Origin: Bryobacteraceae bacterium
Lineage (GTDB): Bacteria > Acidobacteriota > Terriglobia > Bryobacterales > Bryobacteraceae
Direction: 5' to 3'
Assembly: GCA_049582585.1 (NCBI GenBank)
Contig: JBAUUG010000446.1
Span: 1 to 51,521, forward strand
Length of the DNA stretch: 51,521 nt
Part shown: positions 27,660 through 38,054 of the stretch, in pieces
Layout: the number at the start of each line of letters is the position of its first letter
Position numbering within the stretch: position 1 is the stretch's first letter
Translations under genes and position numbers: made by a program
Notes under the pieces: model-generated
The model's database searches: none
Seen by the model: only the letters and a program-made list of their open reading frames with translations
What the model was told of the DNA's origin: nothing

Positions 27660-30310
27660 AATTCCTGGCGTGGTTTCGCTCTCTTACCGCCAAGTTGTTT
27701 CGTCGTTCTCAGATTGACGATGACATGGAGGCGGAACTACGCTCGCACATCCAGCACCGCGCCGACGACCTTCAACGTGTCGGCGTGAATCCTGCCGAGG
27801 CGCAACGCCGCGCACGCATCGAGTTTGGCGGCTACGTTCGGTTCAGAGAGGAAAGTCACGAAGTGATGGGCGGCATCTTCTTTGAAACTCTCGTGCAGGA
27901 TGTGCGGCTCGCTCTTCGCGTATTGCGAAAGTCTCCCGGTTCTGCCATCGCCGCCCTAGTCACGCTGGCATTGGCCATCGGCGCAAACGCCGTGGTTTTT
28001 GGCATATTGAATGGGCTGATACTTCGCCCCCTGAATGTGCCTCAGGCGGAGAATCTCTGGGGAACCGTGTACGGGGAAGATTCCGGGTGGCAGTCGTATC
28101 CCAACTACGTCGATCTGCGTGACCACAACCGCAGCTTTGATGCTCTGGCAGCTTTTAATTTCGCCTTTGTAGGGCTGGACACAGGGAACCATCCTACGCT
28201 CGCCACAGGCTTTGCAACCACTGGAAACTACTTCGACGTGCTGAGGATTCAACCCTATCTTGGCCGCGTCTTCCACTCATCCGATGAGCACGGCTCCAAC
28301 AGCGCCTCCTATCTCGTGCTCAGCTACGCGTATTGGCACAGCCGGTTCCATGACGATCGAGGCGTTCTGGGCCGTGTCGTTCGGCTGGACAAGCATCCCT
28401 TCATCGTCATCGGTGTAGCGCCGCCGGGGTTCCAAGGGACTTTGTTGTTTGTCTCCGCCGATTTCTTTATGCCCATCGTCAGCCAGGAGCAGGTGAACCG
28501 AGGCTCTGATCTGAACGCACGCGGGAACCACGCTGGGATTTTTGAGGCAATGGGACATCTAAGGCCGGGAGTTACTCCCGCCCAGGCTGTCGCGGATTTG
28601 AACACTGTGGCAGCGTCTATCGGAAAGACCTACCCTAACGAGTTCAGTAATAAGAGTTCTTCCCTGGCACATCCAGGCCTCACTTCTTTTGGCCGTCCGG
28701 CGCGGGCATTCGTTGCGGGATTAATGCTGTTGGCCGGCCTCATCCTGCTGGCCGGGTGCGCCAACCTGGGCAGCCTGTTTGCGGCTCACGCTGCCGATCG
28801 CTCCCGGGAAGTTGCACTCCGGCTCGCGCTTGGTTCAAGCCGCAAACGCATCCTGCGGCAGTTGTTGACTGAAGCCGTGCTGATTTCGCTCGTAGGAGGA
28901 GTAGCGGGACTACTGGGCAGCGTCGCTCTGTTGCGCGGGCTGAGCGCTTGGCAACCCTTTCCCGGAGCTCCCGTCCATTTGCCGCTAACTCCGGACGCAA
29001 AAGTCTACGTCGTCGCTCTCGCGCTGGCTTTGGTGAGCGGATTCCTCTTTGGAATCGTTCCGGTGCGCCAAGTGCTCAGGACCGATCCATACCAGATCGT
29101 CAAGTCGGGATCTAGAAGCACGATTGGGCGGCGGATTACTGTACGTGACCTGTTGCTTATCGTCCAAATTGCGATCTGCGCCGTGCTGGTCACCTCTTCG
29201 ATGGTTGCCGTGCGCGGGCTTATGCGATCGTTGCACAGCAACTTCGGTTTTGAGCCGCGGAACACGACACTGGTTGGCGTGAACCTGGCAATGGCCGATT
29301 ACAGCATCGACACAGTGCCCACAATGCAACGGCACATGATCGACGCTATAGAGACGATTCCTGGTGTGGAAGGAGCGGGATTGGTGAATAATTACCCTCC
29401 ATTAGTCTACGGCGCCGGGACCAGGGCAAATGTTTTCAAGGACGAAACCACAGATCTGAGGCAATCGAATATCGCTGTCATGCCATACAGGTACGATGTA
29501 TCTCCTGGATATTTTCATGCGGCCGGCACAAGCTTGTTGGCGGGCCGGACTTTCACTATGCATGACGATCAAAATGCGCCTCGCGTTGCCGTAGTCAACA
29601 GGGAGTTTGCCCGCAAGATGTTTGGCTCTATCACCAACGCGGCCGGCAGATATTACAGGCTGCAGGATGGAACGCATGTTCAGGTCGTGGGCCTTGTTGA
29701 AGACGGCAAGTATTTGAGCGTTACTGAAGATCAACAGCCCGCGATGTTCCTCCCGTTCCTGCAATCGCCGTCAAGCGCGGCGTATCTGGTGGTGCGCTCG
29801 CGCCGCGATCCGCAGCAAGTTGCCGCGGCCGTCAGGAATAAACTACACGCGTTGGATGCAGGGCTGCCTCTTGACACCCAAACCTGGAGCAGCTTGCTGG
29901 CTATAGTTCTGTTCCCTTCGCGAGTGGCAACCATTTCACTGGGTGTGATGGGAGTGATGGGCGCGATGTTGTCAATCACGGGCATCTTTGGAATGGCGGC
30001 GTACTCGGTCAGCAAGCGGCTAAAGGAGTTGGGAATTCGCGTTGCCCTCGGCGCGCAGCGGACGGAAGTGTTGCAGGCGGCATTGGGACGCGCAGTCAAA
30101 TTGCTGGCCTGGGGTTCGGGAGCAGGATTGGTCATCGGAATTCTCGCGAGCCGGGTGTTGGCTTCCATCGTGTATCAGGCAACTCCTCGCGACCCCTTGG
30201 TATTGGCCGGGGTAGTTCTGGCTATGGCTTTGATGGGGCTACTGGCCACGTGGATTCCAGCGCAGCGCGCGCTGTCACTTGATCCTTTAACGCTGCTGCG
30301 CGAAGAGTGA
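27656..30310 (+). CDS. ADOP-family duplicated permease (MacB-like, two FtsX domains), paralogue 1
   Basis: 884 aa. Conserved N-terminus RSQIDDDMEAELRSHIQHRADDL..ARIEFGGYVRF.EE. Two blocks of TM helices with FtsX-like ends (GIRVALGAQRTEVL). Large periplasmic domains. No ATPase domain. Confidence 0.9.
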   Translation: MKFLAWFRSLTAKLFRRSQIDDDMEAELRSHIQHRADDLQRVGVNPAEAQRRARIEFGGYVRFREESHEVMGGIFFETLVQDVRLALRVLRKSPGSAIAALVTLALAIGANAVVFGILNGLILRPLNVPQAENLWGTVYGEDSGWQSYPNYVDLRDHNRSFDALAAFNFAFVGLDTGNHPTLATGFATTGNYFDVLRIQPYLGRVFHSSDEHGSNSASYLVLSYAYWHSRFHDDRGVLGRVVRLDKHPFIVIGVAPPGFQGTLLFVSADFFMPIVSQEQVNRGSDLNARGNHAGIFEAMGHLRPGVTPAQAVADLNTVAASIGKTYPNEFSNKSSSLAHPGLTSFGRPARAFVAGLMLLAGLILLAGCANLGSLFAAHAADRSREVALRLALGSSRKRILRQLLTEAVLISLVGGVAGLLGSVALLRGLSAWQPFPGAPVHLPLTPDAKVYVVALALALVSGFLFGIVPVRQVLRTDPYQIVKSGSRSTIGRRITVRDLLLIVQIAICAVLVTSSMVAVRGLMRSLHSNFGFEPRNTTLVGVNLAMADYSIDTVPTMQRHMIDAIETIPGVEGAGLVNNYPPLVYGAGTRANVFKDETTDLRQSNIAVMPYRYDVSPGYFHAAGTSLLAGRTFTMHDDQNAPRVAVVNREFARKMFGSITNAAGRYYRLQDGTHVQVVGLVEDGKYLSVTEDQQPAMFLPFLQSPSSAAYLVVRSRRDPQQVAAAVRNKLHALDAGLPLDTQTWSSLLAIVLFPSRVATISLGVMGVMGAMLSITGIFGMAAYSVSKRLKELGIRVALGAQRTEVLQAALGRAVKLLAWGSGAGLVIGILASRVLASIVYQATPRDPLVLAGVVLAMALMGLLATWIPAQRALSLDPLTLLREE

Positions 30311-30321
30311 ACGGAGGAAGT

Positions 30322-32973
30322 ATGAAATTCCTAACCTACCTTCGTTCCCTTGCCACCAAAGTTTTTCGTCGCTCTCAGATCGAGGACGAGATGGAGGCGG
30401 AGCTTCGCTCGCACATCCAGCACCGCGCCGACGACCTTCGACGTGCTGGCCTGAATCCTGCCGAGGCGCAACGCCGCGCGCGCATCGAGTTTGGCGGCTA
30501 TGTGCGGTTCAAAGAAGAAAGCCACGAAGCGATGGGCGGCATCTTCTTTGAAACTCTCGTGCAGGATGTGCGGCTCGCTCTTCGCGTATTGCGAAAGTCT
30601 CCCGGTTTTGCCATCGCCGCCGTTTTAACGCTCGCCTTGGCGATTGGCGCGAACGCCCTCGTCTTCAGTGTGCTGAACGCGCTGATCCTGCGCCCGCTGA
30701 ATGTGCCTCAGGCGCAGACCCTCTACGGACTCGAGCGCAGAACCGACCTTGGGTCCGAGTCGTATCCAAATTATCTCGATGTGCGCGATCGCAACCGCAG
30801 CTTTGATGGGTTGGCGGCTTTCACCATTTCTGCGGCGGCCCTCAACACGGGCAAAAATCCATCCCGCGCCTGGATCGAGGAAGCCAGCGGGAACTACTTC
30901 GACGTCTTAGGAATTCAGCCGTATCTTGGCCGTTTCTTCCACTCGTCCGATGAGCATGGCCCCAACAGCGCTCCGTATATCGTGCTCACGTACGCCTACT
31001 GGCACACCTTTTTTCAAGATGATCGCGGCGTGGTAGGCCGCACGGTGCAGCTAAACAAACATCCCTTCACTATCCTCGGTGTAGCTCCGCCTGAGTTCCA
31101 CGGGACCATTGTGTTTTTCTTTCCCGATTTCTTTGTGCCGATGGTGAACCAGGAGCAGGTGGCCGGGGTGAATCTCCTGAACGCGCGCGGACCTCGTTGG
31201 GTTTTCGAGGTGCTGGGACATCTGAAGGCGGGAGTCACTCCCCGGCAGGCGGTTGCCGATCTGAACTCGGTCGGCGCCTACCTGGAAAAGACCTATCCCC
31301 AAGATGACGGCAAGATGACCTTTACTTTAGTTCGTCCAAGTCTCTACGGCGATGCCCTTGGCCCTCCGGTACAGGCCTTTCTTACCGGGTTGATGCTGCT
31401 GGCAGGGTTAATTCTATTGGCCGCATGCGCCAACCTGGGCAGCCTGTTTGCCGCGCGCGCCGCTGACCGAGCGCGCGAGGTTGCTCTGCGGCTTGCGCTT
31501 GGATCGAGCCGCAGCCGAATTCTGCGGGCACTATTTACCGAAGCCATGCTGATTTCACTCCTCGGAGGCGCTGCCGGACTCTGGGGCAGCATCGTGCTGT
31601 TGGGCGGCCTCAGCACCTGGCATCCATTCTCCAGATTTCCCTTCAGCCTGGCTGTGAATCCCGACGCTCACCTTTATGAAGTAGCTTTACTGTTGACCTT
31701 AGCGAGTGGGTTTCTCTTTGGCGCAGTCCCCGTGAGGCAGGTCCTTCGCGCCGATCCCTACCAAATCGTCAAGTCGGGATCAAGAAGCACGGCCGGGCGG
31801 CGCTTTACGGTCCGGGACCTGTTGCTCGCCGTGCAAATTGCCATCTGCGCCGTGCTCGTCACTTCTTCGTTCGTTGCCGTGCGTGGGCTGGCGCGGTCGC
31901 TGCACGGCAATTTCGGTTTTGAACCGCGGAATGTCATGCTGATGAACACTGTTCTGGATATGGCGGGCTACCGCGGCGATGCTGTCCCTGCGATGCAAAA
32001 GCGCATGATCGAAGGCATGGAAGCGATTCCAGGTGTCCAGTCTGTGGGACTGATTGATCGAACACCCCTATACGAGGTCTCGAACGTATCGAACGTCTTT
32101 GCCGGCGAAACGACCGATCTAAGGCCATCGAATGCCGCCTTTGTGGCCGTGGCATACAGCATCTCTCCCGAATACTTTCACGCAGCGCGAACCGCCTTGC
32201 TGTCTGGAAGGCCTTTTACATGGCACGACGATAAAAACGCGCCACGCGTGGCAGTCATCAACCAGGAATTTGCGCGAAAAATCTTCGGCTCCGTCCGCGC
32301 CGCAATGGGCAGGCACTTCAAAATGCCGGATGGAGCGCGCATACAAGTGGTGGGTGTTGCGGAAGACGGAAAATATAACAGCCTCACCGGAGATCTGCAG
32401 CCGGCGATGTTTCTCCCCATCCTCCAATCGCCATCGAGTGAGACATCGCTGGTCGTACGCTCCACGCGCGATCCGCGGCAACTCTTCGACGCTATGAAAA
32501 GTAAACTGCGGGACTTGGATTCGGGGCTGCCTCCTTTCATTGAAACGTGGAGCCGAGCATTGGACACAAATCTGTTCCCTTCGCGCATGGCGGCGATTTC
32601 GCTGGGTGTGCTGGGCATCATGGGCGCCATGCTGTCGATCACCGGCATCTTTGGAATGGCGGCGTATTCTGTCAGCCGCCGGCTGAAGGAATTGGGAATC
32701 CGGATGGCCCTCGGCGCGCAACGAACCGAAGTATTACAAGCGGCCTTGAGCCGCGCCTTTAAACTGCTGGCTTTCGGCTCGGCGGCAGGATTGGTCTTAG
32801 GAATTCTCGCAAGCCGGGTGCTGGCTTTTATCGTGTATCAGGCAACTCCGCGCGACCCCCTGGTATTGGCCGGTGTCGTTCTGGCTATGGCGTTGCTCGG
32901 CTTGCTGGCCACGTGGATTCCAGCGCAGCGTGCGCTATCGCTTGATCCTTTGACACTGCTCCGAGAGGAGTGA
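30322..32973 (+). CDS. ADOP-family duplicated permease, paralogue 2
   Basis: ATG at 30322 preceded by GGAGGAAG. Same architecture as paralogue 1. The listed GTG at 30307 overlaps the upstream stop. Confidence 0.9.
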   Translation: MKFLTYLRSLATKVFRRSQIEDEMEAELRSHIQHRADDLRRAGLNPAEAQRRARIEFGGYVRFKEESHEAMGGIFFETLVQDVRLALRVLRKSPGFAIAAVLTLALAIGANALVFSVLNALILRPLNVPQAQTLYGLERRTDLGSESYPNYLDVRDRNRSFDGLAAFTISAAALNTGKNPSRAWIEEASGNYFDVLGIQPYLGRFFHSSDEHGPNSAPYIVLTYAYWHTFFQDDRGVVGRTVQLNKHPFTILGVAPPEFHGTIVFFFPDFFVPMVNQEQVAGVNLLNARGPRWVFEVLGHLKAGVTPRQAVADLNSVGAYLEKTYPQDDGKMTFTLVRPSLYGDALGPPVQAFLTGLMLLAGLILLAACANLGSLFAARAADRAREVALRLALGSSRSRILRALFTEAMLISLLGGAAGLWGSIVLLGGLSTWHPFSRFPFSLAVNPDAHLYEVALLLTLASGFLFGAVPVRQVLRADPYQIVKSGSRSTAGRRFTVRDLLLAVQIAICAVLVTSSFVAVRGLARSLHGNFGFEPRNVMLMNTVLDMAGYRGDAVPAMQKRMIEGMEAIPGVQSVGLIDRTPLYEVSNVSNVFAGETTDLRPSNAAFVAVAYSISPEYFHAARTALLSGRPFTWHDDKNAPRVAVINQEFARKIFGSVRAAMGRHFKMPDGARIQVVGVAEDGKYNSLTGDLQPAMFLPILQSPSSETSLVVRSTRDPRQLFDAMKSKLRDLDSGLPPFIETWSRALDTNLFPSRMAAISLGVLGIMGAMLSITGIFGMAAYSVSRRLKELGIRMALGAQRTEVLQAALSRAFKLLAFGSAAGLVLGILASRVLAFIVYQATPRDPLVLAGVVLAMALLGLLATWIPAQRALSLDPLTLLREE

Positions 32974-32975
32974 AT

Positions 32976-35630
32976 ATGAAATTCCTGGCTTACGTCCGTT
33001 CCCTTGCCGCTAAGGTTTTTCATCGCTCCGAGGTCGAGGACGACATGGAAGAGGAGCTTCGCTCGCACATCCAGCACCGCGCCGACGACCTTCGACGTGC
33101 TGGCCTGAATCCTGCCGAGGCGCAACTCCGCGCGCGCATCGAGTTTGGCGGCTATGTGCGGTTCAAAGAAGAAAGCCACGAAGCGATGGGCGGCATCTTC
33201 TTTGAAACTCTTGTGCAGGATGCGCGGCTCGCTCTCCGCGTGTTGCGCAAATCTCCCGGTTTCGCCATCGTCGCCGTTTTAACGCTCGCCTTGGCGATTG
33301 GCGCGAACGCCCTCGTCTTCAGTGTGCTGAACGCGCTGATCCTGCGGCCGCTGGATGTGCCACAGCCGGAACGTCTCTACAACATCGAGCACCGGAGCGG
33401 TACGCTGGCGCTATCGTATCCCGACTATCTCGATCTACGCGACCGCAATCGCAGCTTTGACGGCCTGGCAGCCTACAACAGCTTTCAGGCAGGATTGGAT
33501 ACGGGCGGCGACCCCGGGCGCGTCTTTGTCGATGAAGTGACTGCGAACTACTTCGATGTGCTTGGGATACAGCCGTATCTGGGCCGGTTCATTCACCCAT
33601 CCGATGAGCACGGTCCGAACAGCGCTCCGTATATCGTCCTCAATTATGCGTATTGGCGCACCCATTTTCAGGACGATCGCGGCGTGATTGGCCGCACTGT
33701 TCAACTCAACAAGCATCCGTTCACCATCATCGGTGTTGCGCCGCCCGCGTTCCACGGGCCGGTGTTGTTTTTCTCCCAGGATTTCTTCGTGCCGATTGTA
33801 AACCAGGAGCAGGTGGAAGGGCAGAATAACCTGACCGCTCGCGAGAGCCGATCGCTTTTCATGACCGTCGGCCGTCTGAGGACCGGAGTCACTCCGCAAC
33901 AGGCGATTGGCGATCTGAACTCGATCGGCTCCTATCTGGAACAGACCTATCCCAAATCCGATGCCAAAACGAGGTTTGGGTTAGCTCGTCCATTTCTTTT
34001 TGACGACATGGCTGCTTCGCCAACTCGGGCATTTCTCACGGCATTGATGCTGCTGGCCGGGTTAATTCTGCTGGCAGCCTGTGCCAACTTGGGCAGCCTG
34101 TTTGCGGCACGGGCTGCTGACCGAACGCGTGATATTGCTATGCGCCTCGCGCTTGGATCGAGCCGCAACCGCGTTCTGCGAGGTCTCTTTACCGAAGCTC
34201 TGCTGATATCTCTCATGGGAGGCGCTCTCGGACTATGGGGCAGCACAGTGCTGTTAAGCGGATTAAGCGTGTGGCAGCCAATCCCAAAAATTCCCTTCCA
34301 TATGCCTGTGTACCCGGATGCACATGTCTATGCAGTAGCCCTGCTGTTGACATTGATAAGCGGGCTCCTCTTTGGCGCGGTCCCCGTGAGACAAGTACTT
34401 CACACGGATCCCTATCAGATCGTCAAGTCGGGATCCGGAAGGACGGGCGGATGGCGGATCACTGTCCGAGACCTGTTGCTGGTGGTGCAAATTGCGATCT
34501 GTGCCGTGCTGATCACCTCTTCCATGGTTGCCCTGCGCGGATACGTGCGCTCGCTCAACGGCAATTTCGGTTTCGAGCCGCGGAACGTGATGCTGATAGA
34601 TACGGCTCTGACTATGGGAGGCTACCGTAGCGACCGGGTGCCTGCTATGCAAAAGCGCATGATGGAAGCCGTCGAGACCATTCCAGGCGTAACGTCGGTG
34701 GGACTTGCCGATCGCACGCCGCTCAATGGGAGCATGCGGTGGTCGAGTGTGTTTGCCGGCGACGCGACGGATCTGAGCCCGGCGAATGCCGTGGCTGACG
34801 TCCCGACCTACAGCGTCTCACCCGGCTACTTCCGCGCAGCCGGCACAGCTCTGCTGTCGGGAAGGGGCTTCACATGGCACGACGATCAAAACGCGCCGCG
34901 AGTTGCGGTGATCAATCAGGGGTTTGCCCGCACAATCTTTGGTTCAGTAGTAACGGACATAACGGGCAGGTATTACAAGATACAAGACGGAACCCGCGTA
35001 CAAGTAGTGGGAATCGCGGAAGACGGAAAATATCAGCGCATCGGCGAAGATCCCGAGCCGGCGATGTTCTTCCCCATCTTGCAATCGCCATCGAGTTCGA
35101 CGACCCTGTTGGCGCGTTCGAACCTCGATCTGCAACAACTAGCGACAGCTATGCGGAGTAAACTGCGGGACCTGGACTCTGGGCTGCCTTCGCTCATCCA
35201 ACCTTGGAACAAAGAACTGGACCTCGCTTTGTTTGCTCCGCGAATGGCGACGATCTCCCTCGGCGTGATGGGCATGATGGGCGCGATGCTGTCCATAACC
35301 GGCATTTTCGGGATAGCAGCATACTCGGTCAGCAGGCGGCTGAAAGAGTTAGGAATTCGTATGGCCCTCGGCGCGCAACGCAGCGAAGTGCTACAGGCAG
35401 CATTGGGACGCGCCTTCAAACTGCTTGCTTTTGGTTCGGCAGCAGGGCTGCTCTTCGGAATTCTGGCGAGCCGGGTGCTGGCTTTCATCGTGTATCAGGC
35501 GACTCCACGCGATCCTCTCGTATTGGCCGGCGTTGTTCTGGCCATGGCATTACTCGGTTTGCTGGCCACGTGGATACCCGCCCGACGCGCGCTGTCGCTG
35601 GATGCTCAAACACTGCTGCGCGAAGAGTGA
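32976..35630 (+). CDS. ADOP-family duplicated permease, paralogue 3
   Basis: ATG at 32976 preceded by GAGAGGAG. Same architecture. The 5' 300 nt are nearly identical to paralogue 2. Confidence 0.9.
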   Translation: MKFLAYVRSLAAKVFHRSEVEDDMEEELRSHIQHRADDLRRAGLNPAEAQLRARIEFGGYVRFKEESHEAMGGIFFETLVQDARLALRVLRKSPGFAIVAVLTLALAIGANALVFSVLNALILRPLDVPQPERLYNIEHRSGTLALSYPDYLDLRDRNRSFDGLAAYNSFQAGLDTGGDPGRVFVDEVTANYFDVLGIQPYLGRFIHPSDEHGPNSAPYIVLNYAYWRTHFQDDRGVIGRTVQLNKHPFTIIGVAPPAFHGPVLFFSQDFFVPIVNQEQVEGQNNLTARESRSLFMTVGRLRTGVTPQQAIGDLNSIGSYLEQTYPKSDAKTRFGLARPFLFDDMAASPTRAFLTALMLLAGLILLAACANLGSLFAARAADRTRDIAMRLALGSSRNRVLRGLFTEALLISLMGGALGLWGSTVLLSGLSVWQPIPKIPFHMPVYPDAHVYAVALLLTLISGLLFGAVPVRQVLHTDPYQIVKSGSGRTGGWRITVRDLLLVVQIAICAVLITSSMVALRGYVRSLNGNFGFEPRNVMLIDTALTMGGYRSDRVPAMQKRMMEAVETIPGVTSVGLADRTPLNGSMRWSSVFAGDATDLSPANAVADVPTYSVSPGYFRAAGTALLSGRGFTWHDDQNAPRVAVINQGFARTIFGSVVTDITGRYYKIQDGTRVQVVGIAEDGKYQRIGEDPEPAMFFPILQSPSSSTTLLARSNLDLQQLATAMRSKLRDLDSGLPSLIQPWNKELDLALFAPRMATISLGVMGMMGAMLSITGIFGIAAYSVSRRLKELGIRMALGAQRSEVLQAALGRAFKLLAFGSAAGLLFGILASRVLAFIVYQATPRDPLVLAGVVLAMALLGLLATWIPARRALSLDAQTLLREE

Positions 35631-35813
35631 GTAAGCGGCAGGGGTTTTGTTCGGCGGGGTTACGGCGTCGTGCTTCCTTAAGAAGGGAAAGATCAATCAG
35701 CTCTACTCTCCGATTCTGGGCTCGCCCGGCCCAATTTTTACGGTCCGCTTGCATCACTTTTCTGATGAGCGATGATTTGACCTTTGATCTTGAAAGCGGC
35801 GTTCCATACACTG

Positions 35814-36644
35814 ATGTGCATGCCACGTTTGAACCCCCAGCGCGCCGCGTTTCGCGATCTCCACGCGAGCGGATGTTTTGTGATTCCAAACCCCTGGGAC
35901 ATCGGCACAGCGAAATATCTTCAGCATCTCGGCTTCCGCGCGTTAGCGACTACCAGCGCCGGTTTTGCGTTCGCGCGTGGGCTGCCCGATGGCGCTGTAA
36001 GCCAAGCTGAAATGCTGGCTCACATCGCTGAGATCGTGCACGCGACAGATTTGCCAGTGAATGCCGATTTTGGATCGGGTTTTGCCGACGAGCCGGAAGA
36101 AGTAGCTAAGAATGTGAGCGGATGCGTGGCTACCGGAGTCGCCGGACTTTCGATCGAAGACTCGACCGGAGATGCGTCCCGGCCTCTTTACGAATTTTCT
36201 TTGGCCGTTGACCGGATCCGCGCCGCGCGCGCAGCCATTGACGAGTCTGGAACAGGCGTGCTCCTCGTCGGGCGAGCTGAATGCTACCTCATTGACGAGG
36301 GTAATGCCTTCCCGGAATCGATCCGTCGTCTTCAAGCCTACGCGGACGCAGGCGCGGATGTCCTGTATGCGCCTGGAGTGAAGAAGCGCGAAGAAATGCA
36401 GGCAATCGTCTCCGCTGTCGCTCCGAAGCCGGTCAATATTCTTATGTTCTCCGACCTGGGCCTGCGCGTGTCCGATTTAGCGGAGATGGGCGTTCGGCGA
36501 ATCAGCGTGGGTTCCTCTATGGCGCGCAGCGCCTGGACCGGATTCATACGCGCCGCCAGAGAAATTGCCGACCAAGGCAGCTTTGGAGGCCTTAACGGCC
36601 TTACTCCGTCCAGCGAATTGAATGGGCTGTTTAAAACCGGCTAG
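35814..36644 (+). CDS. Isocitrate lyase/PEP mutase superfamily protein (2-methylisocitrate lyase / carboxyvinyl-carboxyphosphonate phosphorylmutase-like)
   Basis: FRDLHASGCFVIPNPWDIGTAKYLQHLGFRALATTSAGFA, LPVNADFGSGF, AGLSIEDS and ADVLYAPG. Start at 35814 or 35820 (MCMPRL). Confidence 0.8.
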   Translation: MCMPRLNPQRAAFRDLHASGCFVIPNPWDIGTAKYLQHLGFRALATTSAGFAFARGLPDGAVSQAEMLAHIAEIVHATDLPVNADFGSGFADEPEEVAKNVSGCVATGVAGLSIEDSTGDASRPLYEFSLAVDRIRAARAAIDESGTGVLLVGRAECYLIDEGNAFPESIRRLQAYADAGADVLYAPGVKKREEMQAIVSAVAPKPVNILMFSDLGLRVSDLAEMGVRRISVGSSMARSAWTGFIRAAREIADQGSFGGLNGLTPSSELNGLFKTG

Positions 36645-36712
36645 CTCCATTCGGGGAGTCAGCCCAACAGCCGCGGTGGCCGGCATATCACCCCAACCGC
36701 TAGAATAGGGGC

Positions 36713-37069
36713 GTGAAATTGATTGTGCTGGCACTGTGCATCTTCGGCGTGTTACTCGCGCAAGAACACGAAGGCAATTTCAACATTCGCTTCGAGCCGA
36801 AAGCAAAACTTCAGACCGGTGTTCAGGTGCCGTTTGAAATCGATGTCAAAGACGGCTTGAAGAAGCCGCTGCCGGATGCTAAAGTTACCTTGCAAATTGA
36901 GACGATGGACCACTCTCATACGCAGGTTTTTCCAGCCCCGGCGATCAATCCCGGAGTTTACATTGCGAAGCCGGTTTTTCCTGTTTCAGGCGAGTGGGAC
37001 GTCTATGTTGAAGTCCGGCGCGATAACGAGATGAGCGGCCGCACTATTCAGTTCAGCGTGCCTGAATAA
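36713..37069 (+). CDS. Small secreted FixH/YtkA-like (Ig-fold) protein
   Basis: GTG start. Signal peptide MKLIVLALCIFGVLLAQ. Pattern V.FEIDVKDG..KPLPDAKV.L.IETMDH.....PA....GVY.A...F..SGEWDVYVEV is typical of YtkA/FixH-like domains. Confidence 0.55.
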   Translation: MKLIVLALCIFGVLLAQEHEGNFNIRFEPKAKLQTGVQVPFEIDVKDGLKKPLPDAKVTLQIETMDHSHTQVFPAPAINPGVYIAKPVFPVSGEWDVYVEVRRDNEMSGRTIQFSVPE

Positions 37070-37082
37070 AGCGCTCTGGAAG

Positions 37083-37871
37083 TTACGGCTGTTCGCCTTT
37101 GTCATGGCGAGTGTGCCACCAACGCTTCACATCCGGCCAGAATTCCTTCAGCACTTGGGAGGTCGCATCCGTCCCCAACTGTATGCCCCAATTCTGCAGA
37201 TAATCCGGCACATCGCGGTTATCCGGGTAGTACGATAATCCAATCGCCGATGCGATGCCGTTCCCTAAAACCTCGGAATAATTGAATGAAGCTTTCCCTG
37301 CGTCCGTACGGGTAACAAAAATGCGACTCAACGCGTAACCGGTTCGGCTCATTTTACTGCCCTCGGCTTTACGGAAGTATCGCGGGTCTTCTTTGAACAG
37401 GATCGGCATGAACGCTTCGGTCATCATATTGCCGATTACCTGGTCAGAGTAAGAGGTGCCGAACCGCGAAAAATATCCTTTTGCTCCCTGCCCGAATTCG
37501 GGGTGATTATTCTCCAGCTGATAAAGCGCCGCATAAGCTCCTCCGAGAATAACCAAAGGGTAATCAAACGAATCTTTGGTGGCAATCTTGAGCTTCTGCT
37601 TCGGCGTGAGCGGGTGAACCTCCGCGCTCATTTCGGCAGTCCGATAGTTTGGCAAAACGCCGAAAACCCTCTTGTCCTCTCCCTCAGCCGTCTTACCAGG
37701 GGCTGGAACACCCGGCTGATCCTTTGCCGGCAGCTCACCCGGCTGCTGAGGCGTCGCGGGCGCCGGTGCTTGAGCAGCGGTTTGCGCGGCCAGATTCACC
37801 TGCAAAAAGCCTGATGTAAGGAGAAGGGCAACAGGGAAAGAGATTCTGCTAACGCATTGGCTAAAGCCCAT
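37083..37871 (-). CDS. Hypothetical secreted protein
   Basis: Signal peptide (ISFPVALLLTSGFLQVNLAAQ), then a Pro/Ala/Gln-rich linker and a conserved-looking body (FGVLPNYRTAE...). No family named. Confidence 0.6.
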   Translation of the reverse strand: MGFSQCVSRISFPVALLLTSGFLQVNLAAQTAAQAPAPATPQQPGELPAKDQPGVPAPGKTAEGEDKRVFGVLPNYRTAEMSAEVHPLTPKQKLKIATKDSFDYPLVILGGAYAALYQLENNHPEFGQGAKGYFSRFGTSYSDQVIGNMMTEAFMPILFKEDPRYFRKAEGSKMSRTGYALSRIFVTRTDAGKASFNYSEVLGNGIASAIGLSYYPDNRDVPDYLQNWGIQLGTDATSQVLKEFWPDVKRWWHTRHDKGEQP

Positions 37872-38054
37872 TTGAAAGATTTATCCTGAAGATTCTGCTG
37901 AGCAACGACTGGGAAATACCCGTGACGAGAGAATATTATTTGGACGCTGATCCACTGATCGTCGGGTACACTTGCTAATAAGATCCTCCACGCCCAGTCA
38001 CGGATTCAAAAACCTGGAACACAGGTTGCATGGCGGGAATCAAACAATAGCGCG

